Source: an uncultured beta proteobacterium (lineage in GTDB: Bacteria; Pseudomonadota; Gammaproteobacteria; Burkholderiales; Burkholderiaceae_C). Taken from it: a stretch of DNA of 64,000 nucleotides. The notes under the pieces were generated by a model, which was not told where the DNA came from, did not search any database, and saw only the letters and a list, made by a program, of their open reading frames with translations. Positions 46,916-56,472 of this stretch are shown here, in pieces (the first letter of the stretch is position 1; each line of letters opens with the position of its first letter). The stretch spans positions 148,298 through 212,297 of the forward strand of contig CAVUEF010000012.1 in assembly GCA_963740455.1 (NCBI GenBank), in the 5' to 3' direction. Made by a program: the position numbers and the translations under genes.

Positions 46916-47905
46916 ATGAATGCTTCCCCTGGTATCGACGCGCCTCGGGTGCTGCAAGTGGCGCGTGAGGCCCTGGCCATCGAGGCAGGCGCCCTCAACA
47001 GCATGATGTTGAACCTGGGCGACGAGATTGCACAAGCGGTGGCGACCGTGCTGTCATGTCGCGGTCGCGTGGTGGTGATGGGTATGGGCAAGAGCGGTCA
47101 TGTGGGGCGCAAGATCGCCGCCACGCTGGCCTCCACCGGTACGCCGGCCATGTTCGTGCACCCCGGCGAAGCCAGCCACGGCGACCTCGGCATGGTCACG
47201 CCGCAAGACCTTGTACTGGCCTTGTCCAATTCGGGCGAGAGCGACGAGCTCAACGCCATTCTGCCGGTGCTCAAACGGCTTGGCGTCAAGCTCATCGCGA
47301 TGACCGGCGGCGCCGAATCCGCGCTGGCCCGCCATGCCGACGTGGTGTTGAACAGCCATGTCGACAAGGAAGCCTGCCCGCTGAATCTGGCACCCACGGC
47401 CAGCACGACGGCGCAGATGGCCCTTGGCGATGCGCTGGCCGTCGCCTTGCTCGACGCGCGCGGCTTTCGTGCCGAAGACTTTGCACGCTCGCATCCCGGC
47501 GGCTCGCTGGGCCGCAAGCTGCTCACCCATGTGCATGATCTGATGCGCAGCGGCGAGGCGCTGCCGCGCGTTGCGCCAGACGCTTCATTCACCGACATGA
47601 TGCGCGAGATGTCGGCCAAGAGCCTCGGCCTGGCCGTGGTGGTGGGTGCGCAAGACCAGGTGCTGGGCGTGTTCACCGACGGCGACCTGCGCCGCCTGAT
47701 CGAGGCGGGCCGCGACTTGCGTGGCTTGCGCGCGCACGAAGTGATGAACCCGCGCCCGCGCACCGTACTGCCGCAGGCGCTCGCGGTCGATGCCGCCGAT
47801 CTGATGGAAGAGGCACGCATCACCGTGGTGTTGGTGGTGAACGCGGCCCATCAGTTGCTGGGCGCGCTGAGCATCAATGACTTGATGCGCGCCAAGGTCA
47901 TTTGA
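46916..47905 (+). CDS. kdsD: arabinose-5-phosphate isomerase (KdsD/KpsF)
   Basis: SIS domain (GMGKSGHVGRKIAATLASTG) plus two C-terminal CBS repeats. Followed by kdsC and lptC. Confidence 0.9.
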   Translation: MNASPGIDAPRVLQVAREALAIEAGALNSMMLNLGDEIAQAVATVLSCRGRVVVMGMGKSGHVGRKIAATLASTGTPAMFVHPGEASHGDLGMVTPQDLVLALSNSGESDELNAILPVLKRLGVKLIAMTGGAESALARHADVVLNSHVDKEACPLNLAPTASTTAQMALGDALAVALLDARGFRAEDFARSHPGGSLGRKLLTHVHDLMRSGEALPRVAPDASFTDMMREMSAKSLGLAVVVGAQDQVLGVFTDGDLRRLIEAGRDLRGLRAHEVMNPRPRTVLPQALAVDAADLMEEARITVVLVVNAAHQLLGALSINDLMRAKVI

Positions 47906-48483
47906 TGCTGCCGCGTCTGCAGTTTCCGCCCGAGCTCCTGCTCAAGGCCCAGGGTGACGGCCTTGGCCTCAAGGCTGCCATCTTCGACGTGGACGGCGTG
48001 CTCACCGACGGCCGCATCTACGTCGGCGAGCAAGGCGAAATCTTCAAGGCCTTTTCGACGCTGGACGGCCATGGCCTGAAGCTGCTGGTGCAGGCCGGCA
48101 TCACTCCCATCATCATCACCGGACGCGACTCGCCCGCGGTGCGTCGCCGCATCGCTGATCTGGGCCTGCCCCATGCCTTGTATGGCATCAAGGACAAGCT
48201 CGCGGCGGCCGAGCCGCTGCTGGCGCAGTTGGGTCTGCGCTGGTCGGAGGTCGCGGCCCTGGGCGACGACTGGCCGGATCTGCCGCTGATGGTGCGCGCC
48301 GCGTTCGCGTGCGCGCCGCCACAGGCCCATGCCGAGGTGCGTGCCGTGGCGCAACACCTGACCCTCGCCGCGGCAGGACATGGCGCGGCGCGCGAGTTCT
48401 GCGACATCTTGTTGATGGCTTGCGGACGTTATGCCGCCTTGCTGGCCGCTCAGCTCGATACGCTGGACCAGGATCCGCGCTGA
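47905..48483 (+). CDS. kdsC: 3-deoxy-D-manno-octulosonate 8-phosphate phosphatase
   Basis: HAD-IIIA motifs IFDVDGVLTDG and GDDWPD. TGATG overlap with kdsD (TTG 47902 is an alternative start). Confidence 0.9.
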   Translation: MLPRLQFPPELLLKAQGDGLGLKAAIFDVDGVLTDGRIYVGEQGEIFKAFSTLDGHGLKLLVQAGITPIIITGRDSPAVRRRIADLGLPHALYGIKDKLAAAEPLLAQLGLRWSEVAALGDDWPDLPLMVRAAFACAPPQAHAEVRAVAQHLTLAAAGHGAAREFCDILLMACGRYAALLAAQLDTLDQDPR

Positions 48484-49148
48484 TGGCAGGCCAGCCGTTT
48501 GCACGTCAACGCGCACCCGGCTGGCTGTACGGCGTGCAAGAGCTCCTGTCGGCCTATTTGCCGATGCTTCTGATGAGCGTGCTGGCGCTGGGCACCTGGT
48601 GGCTGGTCAAAAACACGCCGGTGCCGCTGAGCCCCACCCAGGACGCGCCCAAGCGCCACGAACCCGACTACCAGATGCAGGGATTTGATGTGCAGCGTTT
48701 TGACGCCAAGGGCGCGCTGCGCGTGCGTGTTTCGGGACGGGAAATGCGCCACTACCCCGACACCAATACGCTGGAGATTGACGACGTGCGGGTGCACGCG
48801 ACCGGCGCCGACGGTGCCGTCCTGATCGCCAAGGCCGCACGCGGTGTGAGCAACGCCGACGGTAGCGAAGTGCAATTGCTGGGCGCGGCACGCGTGCAGC
48901 GCTTTGTGCGCGACGCGAGCGGCCTGCTGGCTAGCGCGCCGCAGGTCGACATCCAGGGCGAGTTTGTGCAGGTCTTTGTCGCGCTCGAGCGGCTGCGTTC
49001 CGACCGGCCCGTGCGCGTCAGCTACCCGGGCGGCGAATTGCATGCCCAGTCGCTGGATTACGACAATCTCAAGGGTCTGCTCGAAGTCACCGGACGCAGC
49101 CGGCTGCAACTGTCGCCGCCGCGTTCAGGCAGACGATCTGCGCCATGA
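48483..49148 (+). CDS. lptC: LPS export system protein LptC
   Basis: ATG overlaps the kdsC stop. N-terminal TM anchor followed by an OstA-like beta-jellyroll sequence. Conserved kdsD-kdsC-lptC order. Confidence 0.8.
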   Translation: MAGQPFARQRAPGWLYGVQELLSAYLPMLLMSVLALGTWWLVKNTPVPLSPTQDAPKRHEPDYQMQGFDVQRFDAKGALRVRVSGREMRHYPDTNTLEIDDVRVHATGADGAVLIAKAARGVSNADGSEVQLLGAARVQRFVRDASGLLASAPQVDIQGEFVQVFVALERLRSDRPVRVSYPGGELHAQSLDYDNLKGLLEVTGRSRLQLSPPRSGRRSAP

Positions 49149-49204
49149 GCCCGCCGGGCCGCCCCAAGGGCGAATTCCGAGGGGCGCCGCCCGAAGGCAG
49201 TCCA
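49149..49204 (+). repeat. REP-like intergenic element (family GCCGGGCCGCCCCAAG..), copy C
   Basis: GCCCGCCGGGCCGCCCCAAGGGCGAATTCCGAGGGGCGCCGCCCGAAGGCAGTCCA. Fills exactly the gap between the lptC stop (49146-49148) and GTG 49205. Internal stem CGCCCC/GGGGCG. Confidence 0.7.
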
Positions 49205-49984
49205 GTGAACGCTCTGGCGCCGCTCGTTTACATCACCGGCGCGTCCAGCGGCATAGGCCAGGCCTTGGCTCAAGCCTACTACCGCGCCGGTTGGCGCCTG
49301 GCATTGGTCGCGCGGCGCAGCGCTGAGCTGCTTGAGTGGGCCCGGGTCGCGGGCTTCGAGCCGTCACGCTGCCAAGTGTATGGCGCCGATGTGCGCAACA
49401 TCTCCGCCATCACGCAGGCAGGCCGGGACTGCCTTGCCAGCCAGGGACTGCCTGACGTCGTGGTCGCCAACGCCGGCATCAGCCTCGCCATGGACAGCGC
49501 CGACATCGATGATCTGGACGTGATGCGAGCCACCTTGGAGACCAATGTCCTGGGCATGGCGGCGACCTTTCAGCCCTTCGTGGCACCGCTGCGCAAGCGC
49601 GGGGCTGGCACCCTCGTCGGCATTGCCAGCGTGGCCGCCATACGCGGCCTGCCCGGCCACGCCGCCTACTGCGCCAGCAAGGCGGCCGTGGTCAGTTATT
49701 GCGAAAGCCTGCGAGGCGAATGCCGGGCCTCGGGCGTCAAGGTGGTGACCTTGCTGCCGGGCTTTGTCGCCACGCCGTTGACCAGCAAGAACCGCTACCC
49801 GATGCCGTTCCTGATGTCGGCCGACGTGTTTGCCGAACATGCTTTGCAGGCCATCAGTGCGGGCGTCAGTTACCGAGTGATTCCTTGGCAGATGAGCATC
49901 GTGGCCAAGCTGATGAGCCTGCTGCCCAATGCCGTGTTTGACCGTCTGCTGGTCGGACGACCGCGCAAACACAAGCAAGTTTGA
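49205..49984 (+). CDS. SDR-family oxidoreductase
   Basis: GTG 49205 gives VNALAPLVYITGASSGIGQ (TGxxxGxG close to the N-terminus). Catalytic YCASK. The track start at 49145 would translate the repeat element. Confidence 0.85.
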   Translation: MNALAPLVYITGASSGIGQALAQAYYRAGWRLALVARRSAELLEWARVAGFEPSRCQVYGADVRNISAITQAGRDCLASQGLPDVVVANAGISLAMDSADIDDLDVMRATLETNVLGMAATFQPFVAPLRKRGAGTLVGIASVAAIRGLPGHAAYCASKAAVVSYCESLRGECRASGVKVVTLLPGFVATPLTSKNRYPMPFLMSADVFAEHALQAISAGVSYRVIPWQMSIVAKLMSLLPNAVFDRLLVGRPRKHKQV

Positions 49985-50075
49985 CGCGTGGGGCCAGGTC
50001 TTGTCCTTCTCGCTGAGCTGACCTCAACAGACCAGAAACCTTGCGGGATGGGTCTTCCCGTCGCTGCGGAAATTG

Positions 50076-50098
50076 AAAAGGGCGCCAGTGGCGCCCTT
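50076..50098 (-). terminator. rho-independent terminator of the RNA-binding protein gene
   Basis: Stem AAGGGCGCC / GGCGCCCTT with a 3-nt loop. On the minus strand it is followed by TTTTCAATTT. Confidence 0.75.
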
Positions 50099-50139
50099 GC
50101 TTGCAATCGATGTGTGGTTGAACGCGCAGCGATTGGCTT

Positions 50140-50625
50140 TCAGTAACCGCCGCGGCTACCGCCGCCGCCGCCAAAGCCGCCACCACCGCTGCGGCCACCA
50201 CCACCACCGCCGCTGCCGCCGCCGAAGCCGCCGCCACCGCTGCGACCACCACCGCCGCCGCCGCCACCGCCGCCGAAGCCGCCACCACCGCTGCGACCAC
50301 CACCGCCACCGCCGCCGCCGAAGCCGCCACCGCCGCTGCGGCCACCACCGCCGCCACCGAAGCCGCCCGGACGCTCTTCACGTGGGCGGGCCTCGTTCAC
50401 GACAATAGCGCGACCTTCCAGCGCTTGGCCGTTCATGCCGTTGACAGCGGCTTGCGCCTCAGCGTCAGAACTCATTTCGACAAAGCCGAAACCTTTTGAG
50501 CGACCGGTGTCGCGATCCATCATGACCTTTGCGGAGGTCACAGTGCCGAATTGGCTGAAAGACTCTTGCAGAGACTCATCACGCACGCTGTAAGCGAGGT
50601 TGCCGACGTAAAGCTTGTTTCCCAT
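50140..50625 (-). CDS. RRM (RNP-1) RNA-binding protein with a glycine/arginine-rich tail
   Basis: RNP-2 LYVGNL and RNP-1 KGFGFVEM. C-terminal RSGGGGFGGGGGG repeats. Confidence 0.9.
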   Translation of the reverse strand: MGNKLYVGNLAYSVRDESLQESFSQFGTVTSAKVMMDRDTGRSKGFGFVEMSSDAEAQAAVNGMNGQALEGRAIVVNEARPREERPGGFGGGGGGRSGGGGFGGGGGGGGRSGGGGFGGGGGGGGGGRSGGGGFGGGSGGGGGGRSGGGGFGGGGGSRGGY

Positions 50626-50874
50626 GGGGAAGCCCTTTCAATTCCAGATAACCATGTGGAGCTTCAACCCATCGTGAACCATTCAGGCGACGGCGCGGCG
50701 TCCATACACAGACCTTTGATTATCAGTACGCTGTCTGGCCTGTGCAAAGCGATGTGGTCCCAAGTGTTGTTTTTCAGTCGCGCGGTCGAATCAGTCGTCG
50801 CACGAAAATTGCACGGCAGCGTCGAAAGCAGCCTCCCGCATGAGTGGTGGTAGACAAGGCCGTCACAATGCGGC

Positions 50875-51513
50875 ATGGACTTATACAAGCCCCTGGTTGC
50901 GTTGTTGGCCATCGTCAATCCGGTGGGTGTGGTGCCGTTCTTCATCCACTTCACGCAGAACTTCAGCCGCCAGCAGCGCCAGCGCACGATACGTGTGAGT
51001 GCCTTCACGGCTTTTTGCGTGATTGCCCTGAGCGCCTTGATGGGCTTGAGGTTGATCGAGTTCTTCGGCATCTCGCTGGCGTCGTTCCAGGTAGGCGGCG
51101 GCACGCTGCTCCTGATCAGCTCGTTGCAAATGCTGAACGCCCATCCGGCGGACAGCAGCAAGGAGGACGTTGACGAAGGCGCAAGCAAGGCTGACGCGGG
51201 GGCCAGCATCGCCGTGGTCCCGCTGACCATTCCGCTACTCACCGGTCCGGCCACCATCTCGACCATGGTGATCTACGCCCAAAAAACGCGCCACTGGTGG
51301 GAGATCGCGGTGCTGGTGGGCTATGGCGTGGTGGTGGCGCTGGTCACTTATGCGGTCTTCAGCGCATCGGGCCGCATCGCCCGCGTGCTGGGCCAGACCG
51401 GCATCAACATCATGACGCGGCTGATGGGCTTGATTCTGGCTGCGTTAGCTGTAGAACTGCTGGCCGATGGCCTGATCAAGCTGTTTCCGGTGCTGGCCAC
51501 CCATATCAATTGA
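50875..51513 (+). CDS. MarC-family (UPF0056) integral membrane protein
   Basis: 212 aa, 6 TM helices. N-terminal LLAIVNPVGVVPFF motif. Confidence 0.8.
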   Translation: MDLYKPLVALLAIVNPVGVVPFFIHFTQNFSRQQRQRTIRVSAFTAFCVIALSALMGLRLIEFFGISLASFQVGGGTLLLISSLQMLNAHPADSSKEDVDEGASKADAGASIAVVPLTIPLLTGPATISTMVIYAQKTRHWWEIAVLVGYGVVVALVTYAVFSASGRIARVLGQTGINIMTRLMGLILAALAVELLADGLIKLFPVLATHIN

Positions 51514-51524
51514 CCGAGGCGCTT

Positions 51525-53180
51525 GTGAGTACTCCCGAGTTCGACTACATCATCGTGGGCGCCGGCACGGCCGGCTGTCTGCTTGCCAACCGGCTCAGCG
51601 CTGACGCCGGCAAGCGCGTTTTGCTGATCGAGGCCGGTGGCAAGGACGACTACCACTGGATCCATATCCCGGTCGGCTATCTGCACTGCATAGGCAATCC
51701 GCGCACCGATTGGCTCTACAACACCGAGCCCGATGCCGGACTGAACGGACGCAGCCTGCGCTATCCGCGTGGCAAGGTGCTCGGCGGCAGCTCCAGCATC
51801 AACGGCATGATTTACATGCGGGGCCAAGCGCGCGATTACGACGACTGGGCGCAAGCGACGGGCGACGCCAGTTGGCAATGGCAGCACTGCCTGCCGGCCT
51901 TCAAGCAGCATGAAAACCATTGGCGACTCGACGCCCCCCAAGGCCAGCAGGCGTTTGCCGCCAGCCATGGGCATGGTGGCGAATGGCGCGTGGAAAAGCA
52001 GCGTCTGCGCTGGGACATTCTCGACGCCTTCGCGCGCGCCGCCCAAGAAGCCGGCATACCGGCCACCGACGACTTCAACAGCGGCAACAATGAAGGCGTC
52101 GGCTATTTCGAAGTGAATCAGAAAAGCGGCTGGCGCTGGAACACCACCAAGGCGTTCTTGCGCCCCACCAGCATGGCCCGGTTCAATTTCGAGTTGTGGT
52201 CGGGTACGCAAGTGACCCTCCTGATGCTGGAGCGCGACGCGAGCGGCGCGCTGCGCTGCAGCGGCGTGCAAGCGCACACGCCGGAAGGTGCCGAGGAAGC
52301 CAGGCTCAAACCGGGCGGTGAAATGCTGCTCGCGGCGGGGTCGATAGGCTCGCCGCAAATCCTGCAGCTCTCCGGGATCGGGCCTGCCGCGCACCTGCAA
52401 AGCTTGGGGATTGAGGTCAAGCACGACTTGCCCGGTGTCGGCGCCAATCTGCAAGACCATTTGCAGATACGCGCAGTCTTCAAGGTGCAGGGTGCCAAGA
52501 CCCTGAACACCTTGGCCGCCCACTGGTGGGGCAAGGCCGCGATCGGTCTGGAATACCTGCTCAAGCGCAGCGGCCCGATGAGCATGGCGCCTTCGCAACT
52601 CGGCGCCTTCACGCGCAGCAGCCCGGACAAGACCTGGCCCGACCTCGAATATCACGTCCAGCCGCTCTCGCTCGACGCGTTCGGCGAGCCGCTGCACGGC
52701 TTCAATGCGTTCACCGCCAGCGTCTGCAATCTCAACCCGACCAGCCGCGGCAGCGTGATGCTGCGATCACCCAGATTTGACGACGCGCCGGCCATCGCAC
52801 CCAACTACCTGAGCACGCCCGAGGACCGGAAAATCGCCGCCGAAAGCCTGCGCCTGACACGGCGCATCGTCGCGCAGCCCGCACTCAAGCGCTATCAGCC
52901 CGAAGAATTCAAGCCCGGCCTGCAGTACCAGAGCGACGAAGAGCTGGCGCGCCTGGCCGGCGATATCGCCACCACCATCTTCCACCCGGTGGGCACCTGC
53001 AAGATGGGACGCGCCGATGAACTGATGGCCGTCGTCGACAGCCATTTGCGCGTGCGCGGTGTGTCAGGCTTGCGCGTGGTCGACGCCAGCGTCATGCCCG
53101 CCATCACCAGCGGCAACACCAACTCGCCGACGCTAATGATTGCCGAACGCGCTGCGGCGTGGATACGGGCGGGCGAGTAG
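51525..53180 (+). CDS. GMC-family FAD oxidoreductase (choline dehydrogenase-like)
   Basis: GTG 51525 gives VSTPEFDYIIVGAGTAGCLLANRLS. GMC signatures (GGSSSINGM; HPVGTCKMG). The upstream part of the track ORF overlaps the MarC gene. Confidence 0.85.
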   Translation: MSTPEFDYIIVGAGTAGCLLANRLSADAGKRVLLIEAGGKDDYHWIHIPVGYLHCIGNPRTDWLYNTEPDAGLNGRSLRYPRGKVLGGSSSINGMIYMRGQARDYDDWAQATGDASWQWQHCLPAFKQHENHWRLDAPQGQQAFAASHGHGGEWRVEKQRLRWDILDAFARAAQEAGIPATDDFNSGNNEGVGYFEVNQKSGWRWNTTKAFLRPTSMARFNFELWSGTQVTLLMLERDASGALRCSGVQAHTPEGAEEARLKPGGEMLLAAGSIGSPQILQLSGIGPAAHLQSLGIEVKHDLPGVGANLQDHLQIRAVFKVQGAKTLNTLAAHWWGKAAIGLEYLLKRSGPMSMAPSQLGAFTRSSPDKTWPDLEYHVQPLSLDAFGEPLHGFNAFTASVCNLNPTSRGSVMLRSPRFDDAPAIAPNYLSTPEDRKIAAESLRLTRRIVAQPALKRYQPEEFKPGLQYQSDEELARLAGDIATTIFHPVGTCKMGRADELMAVVDSHLRVRGVSGLRVVDASVMPAITSGNTNSPTLMIAERAAAWIRAGE

Positions 53181-53190
53181 GGCTGTTTGC

Positions 53191-54567
53191 TCAGCGCGCG
53201 AAGCGCGCTTCCAGATAAGCCAGCAGCGTGCGTATCGTCTGCGCCTCGCCGCCGATCGGCCGGCCGGGACGCGCCACATCGTTCCACGCAAACAGGTCGA
53301 TGTGCAGCCAGTCCTGCTGCTCGGGCACGAAGTATTCGAGGAAGAGCGCTGCGTTGATCGCGCCGGCCAGCGCATTGCGGCCGGTGTTGACGATGTCGCC
53401 GATGCTCGATGCGATGCCTTCCTGATACGGCGCCCACAGCGGCATATGCCAGAGCGGGTCATCGAGCTTCAAGCCCAGATCCACCAGTGCGCGCGCCGTA
53501 TCGACGTGCCTGGCGAACAGCGCCGGCAACTGCGCGCCCAAGGCCACGCGGGCGGCACCGGTCAAGGTGGCCAGGTCGATGATGAGTTCGGGCTTTCCTT
53601 CAGCAGCGTAGGCCAAGGCATCGCTGAGTACCACGCGCCCTTCGGCATCGGTGTTGCCGATCTCGATGTGCAGGCCCTTGCGGGTCTTGATCACATCGCC
53701 GGGACGGTAGGCATTGCCGGCCACGGCGTTCTCGACGGCCGGGATCAGGAGCTGCAAACGCACCGGCAGCTTGAACGCCATGATGAGCGTGGCCAGGCCC
53801 AGGGCATTGGCGGCGCCGCCCATGTCCTTCTTCATCTGCCGCATGCCGTCGGCGCTCTTCAGATCCAGCCCGCCCGAGTCGAAACAGACGCCCTTGCCGA
53901 CCAGGCTGATGAGCGGGTCGCCCGCCTTGCCCCAGTTCAGTTCGATCAGGCGCGGCGCGCGCGTGGCGGCCCGCCCCACGGCGTGGATGGCCGGAAAATT
54001 CTGCTGCAACAGGGCGTCGCCGACCACCTGTTTGAACTTGGCACCATGCTGCTTGGCGACCAGCGCGACGGCCTTGGCAAGTTCCAGCGGGCCCATGTGT
54101 TCGGCCGGCGTGTTGACCAGGTCGCGCGTAGCGCAGATCGCGGTGGCCAAGGCCACACCGCGCTGCGCCTGCTGGCTCGATGCCAGCTGCAATTGCGCGC
54201 TGGCGCGTTGGCGCGGCTTGTACAAATCGAACTGATAGCTGCCCAGCTCCCACGCCATGGCAGCCAGCTCGGGGTCGAGCTGCAAGCCCTCGGACGACAG
54301 CTTGTAGCTGCCTTCGGGCAGCGTGGCGGGCAGGCTCGCCAGCGCAAACGGATGCGCGTCGTGGGCAACGCCGGCCAGCACTGCGGCCAGGCGGCCATCG
54401 GCGCCGGGCAGCAGGGCATGGGTGTCGGGCGCGCCCTTGAAACCCAGCGCAGCCAGCCAGTTGCGGGTCGGTTTGGGCAGTCGGGCGGCCAGCGCCGCAA
54501 AGCCGGCGCGGTCCACCAAGCTGATGGGAATGGTGGCCGCGGCGGGCTTCTTGAGCAGAACAGTCAT
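53191..54567 (-). CDS. M17-family leucyl aminopeptidase
   Basis: Start MTVLLKKP. VGKGVCFDSGG and the NTDAEGR signature. Confidence 0.85.
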   Translation of the reverse strand: MTVLLKKPAAATIPISLVDRAGFAALAARLPKPTRNWLAALGFKGAPDTHALLPGADGRLAAVLAGVAHDAHPFALASLPATLPEGSYKLSSEGLQLDPELAAMAWELGSYQFDLYKPRQRASAQLQLASSQQAQRGVALATAICATRDLVNTPAEHMGPLELAKAVALVAKQHGAKFKQVVGDALLQQNFPAIHAVGRAATRAPRLIELNWGKAGDPLISLVGKGVCFDSGGLDLKSADGMRQMKKDMGGAANALGLATLIMAFKLPVRLQLLIPAVENAVAGNAYRPGDVIKTRKGLHIEIGNTDAEGRVVLSDALAYAAEGKPELIIDLATLTGAARVALGAQLPALFARHVDTARALVDLGLKLDDPLWHMPLWAPYQEGIASSIGDIVNTGRNALAGAINAALFLEYFVPEQQDWLHIDLFAWNDVARPGRPIGGEAQTIRTLLAYLEARFAR

Positions 54568-54649
54568 GGAGGGTCCTTGAGAGCGATGAGGGATGGGCGC
54601 GCGCCCGTCATTTTGCTCCGCGTGCCAGCTTCGCCCTGGCCGCAGCAGC

Positions 54650-54994
54650 TCAATCGGCTTGGCACAAGCGCTGCCACAAGGTCTGCGTCTGTGCGTCTTG
54701 CACCGCCACTGCGGCACTCACGCGCAGCGCTCTGAGCAGGCGCGCCAAGGTTTCGGGCTGGGGCGTCAGCGGGCCGGCAAAACGCAGCGTCGGGCCCTGC
54801 CCGATCAACAGCGCCGGGAATGTCTCGACGTCGAAGTCGCCGATCAGCTCGCTCTGATCCTCGATGTCGATCCAAGTGAAGCGCGCGTCGGCGAACTCAA
54901 GCGCCAGCGCATCGAACACGGGCCGGTACTCGTCGCAGGTGCGGCACCAGGCGGCGCACAGGCACACCACAAGCCAGGAGTTTTCTGGGCTCAA
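54650..54994 (-). CDS. thioredoxin-fold protein
   Basis: 114 aa with a WCRTC (WCxxC) active-site motif near the N-terminus. 9 nt downstream of the FGE-like gene. Confidence 0.7.
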   Translation of the reverse strand: MSPENSWLVVCLCAAWCRTCDEYRPVFDALALEFADARFTWIDIEDQSELIGDFDVETFPALLIGQGPTLRFAGPLTPQPETLARLLRALRVSAAVAVQDAQTQTLWQRLCQAD

Positions 54995-55003
54995 GGGCAG
55001 CTT

Positions 55004-55999
55004 TCAGTCGGCCTCGCGCAGCAGCCGCATGCCCACCAAGGTGTAGCGCGTGGACATGGTGTTCCAGTTGCGGTACGAGGCGCGCGCATAAAACGCCCAG
55101 GTATGCCAAGAGCCGCCACGGCGCACGCGCACCTCACCATCGGGGGGACCTTTCGGATCATCGACCGGCGAGCGGGCGTAATAGTCTTCGCCATACCAGT
55201 CGGCGACCCATTCCCAGGCGTTGCCATGCATGTCGTACAGACCCCAGGCATTCGGCGCGAAGCTGCCGACCGGCGCGGTGAAGGCAAAACCGTCGGCGCC
55301 CTTCAGCGCAAATGCCTGCCACTTGGGCCAGTTCTTGGCCGAGTCGGCGTCGAACACATTGGCCACACCCAGCAGCGATTTCGGGTCATCGCCGCTGGAG
55401 TAGCGCGTGCGGCTGCCAGCGCGGGCCGCATATTCCCACTCGGCCTCGGTGGGCAAGCGGTAGGTCTTGCCCTCGCTCTTGCTGAGCCATTGCGCCATCG
55501 CCACGGCGTCGTTCCAGGTCACATTCAGCACCGGATGCGCGTCGCTCTGGGGAAACCCGGGGTTTTGCCAGGAATATCGGGGGTCGCGGCCCTCGAAGGC
55601 GTCGCCACGCCGGGTCGCGGCCGGATCGTACTTCGGGTTGTAGCCATAGCCGCCCGTGCCATCGGCAATCGATTCCGGCACATAGCCCGATGCCGCCAGA
55701 AAGCGCCGGAACTGACCCACCGTGACCTCGAACTGCCCGAGGTAGAAGGGGCGCGTGATGCGCACCCGGTGCACCGGTGCCTCGTCGGCCAGCAGCTCGA
55801 AACGCTTGACATCGTATTGTGGATAGGCCTGTGCCAATTGCGCCGGGCTTGCGTCGCTGCCCATCAAGAACTCGCCGGCCGGTATGCGCACAAACCTCAT
55901 GCCCAGCGAGTTCTCGAGGGTCACGCCAGTTGCCGTCGCGGCGCAGCCGACGAGCAGCAGCGCCATCAACAGGGTCAGTGAAATACGTGCATACATCAA
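55004..55999 (-). CDS. formylglycine-generating-enzyme-family (SUMF1/EgtB-like) lipoprotein
   Basis: Lipobox LLVGC. FGE-sulfatase domain motifs RLPTEAEWEYAAR, GNAWEWVADW, RVRRGGSW. Confidence 0.8.
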   Translation of the reverse strand: MMYARISLTLLMALLLVGCAATATGVTLENSLGMRFVRIPAGEFLMGSDASPAQLAQAYPQYDVKRFELLADEAPVHRVRITRPFYLGQFEVTVGQFRRFLAASGYVPESIADGTGGYGYNPKYDPAATRRGDAFEGRDPRYSWQNPGFPQSDAHPVLNVTWNDAVAMAQWLSKSEGKTYRLPTEAEWEYAARAGSRTRYSSGDDPKSLLGVANVFDADSAKNWPKWQAFALKGADGFAFTAPVGSFAPNAWGLYDMHGNAWEWVADWYGEDYYARSPVDDPKGPPDGEVRVRRGGSWHTWAFYARASYRNWNTMSTRYTLVGMRLLREAD

Positions 56000-56472
56000 G
56001 AATTCCTCAGTAGACAGCCGGGCGGCTCGCTGCTTGACGCCCGGGCAAGTGCCGGTCCGGTGGCTGGCTCAAAGATTTGTGACTTTGTGTCAACCATTGT
56101 CACTTGACTTGCGTTTGGGTCTGAGAAGCCCGCTCGTCAAGTGTCCGGGCTGCATCAAGAAGGCACGTCATGAATCTCGCACCGCAGAGCCACCAAATCC
56201 CCGTCAAGCGCACAAACACCGAGTCTCCTCAGGAGAAAGGCCGCAAGTACGAGCCTTTCGATGGCGGCAGGGTCACCGGCGACCAGCGCAGCGTGACACG
56301 CGCCCGGCGCATGGATAGCAAGCGCTGACCGACCTGAGGCGTCAAGGCCTCGGTACCGCAAAACAGGCTCACCTCGGTGGGCCTGAGTCATTTCAGGGGC
56401 GCTGCTGAAAGCGTCATGCCCGGCGTCCCGCATCGGTTACGCTGTGAGCCCGACAGAAAAGGATGATCTCTC

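Noticed and set aside
49145-49204. Upstream ATG start for the SDR gene (MSPPGRPKGEFRGAPPEGSP..).
   Set aside because: The segment is the REP-like element. GTG 49205 places the TGxxxGxG motif at the usual distance from the N-terminus.
50073-50408. Regularly spaced short repeats that could at first glance suggest a CRISPR-like or minisatellite array.
   Set aside because: They are the codons of the Gly/Arg-rich tail of the RRM protein on the minus strand. There are no unique spacers and no cas genes.
56170-56328. 52-codon basic ORF (MNLAPQSHQIPVKRTNTESPQEKGRKYEPFDGGRVTGDQRSVTRARRMDSKR) in the 470-nt gap between the FGE-like and aldo/keto reductase genes.
   Set aside because: No clear ribosome-binding site, no motif, and too short to judge coding potential by eye.
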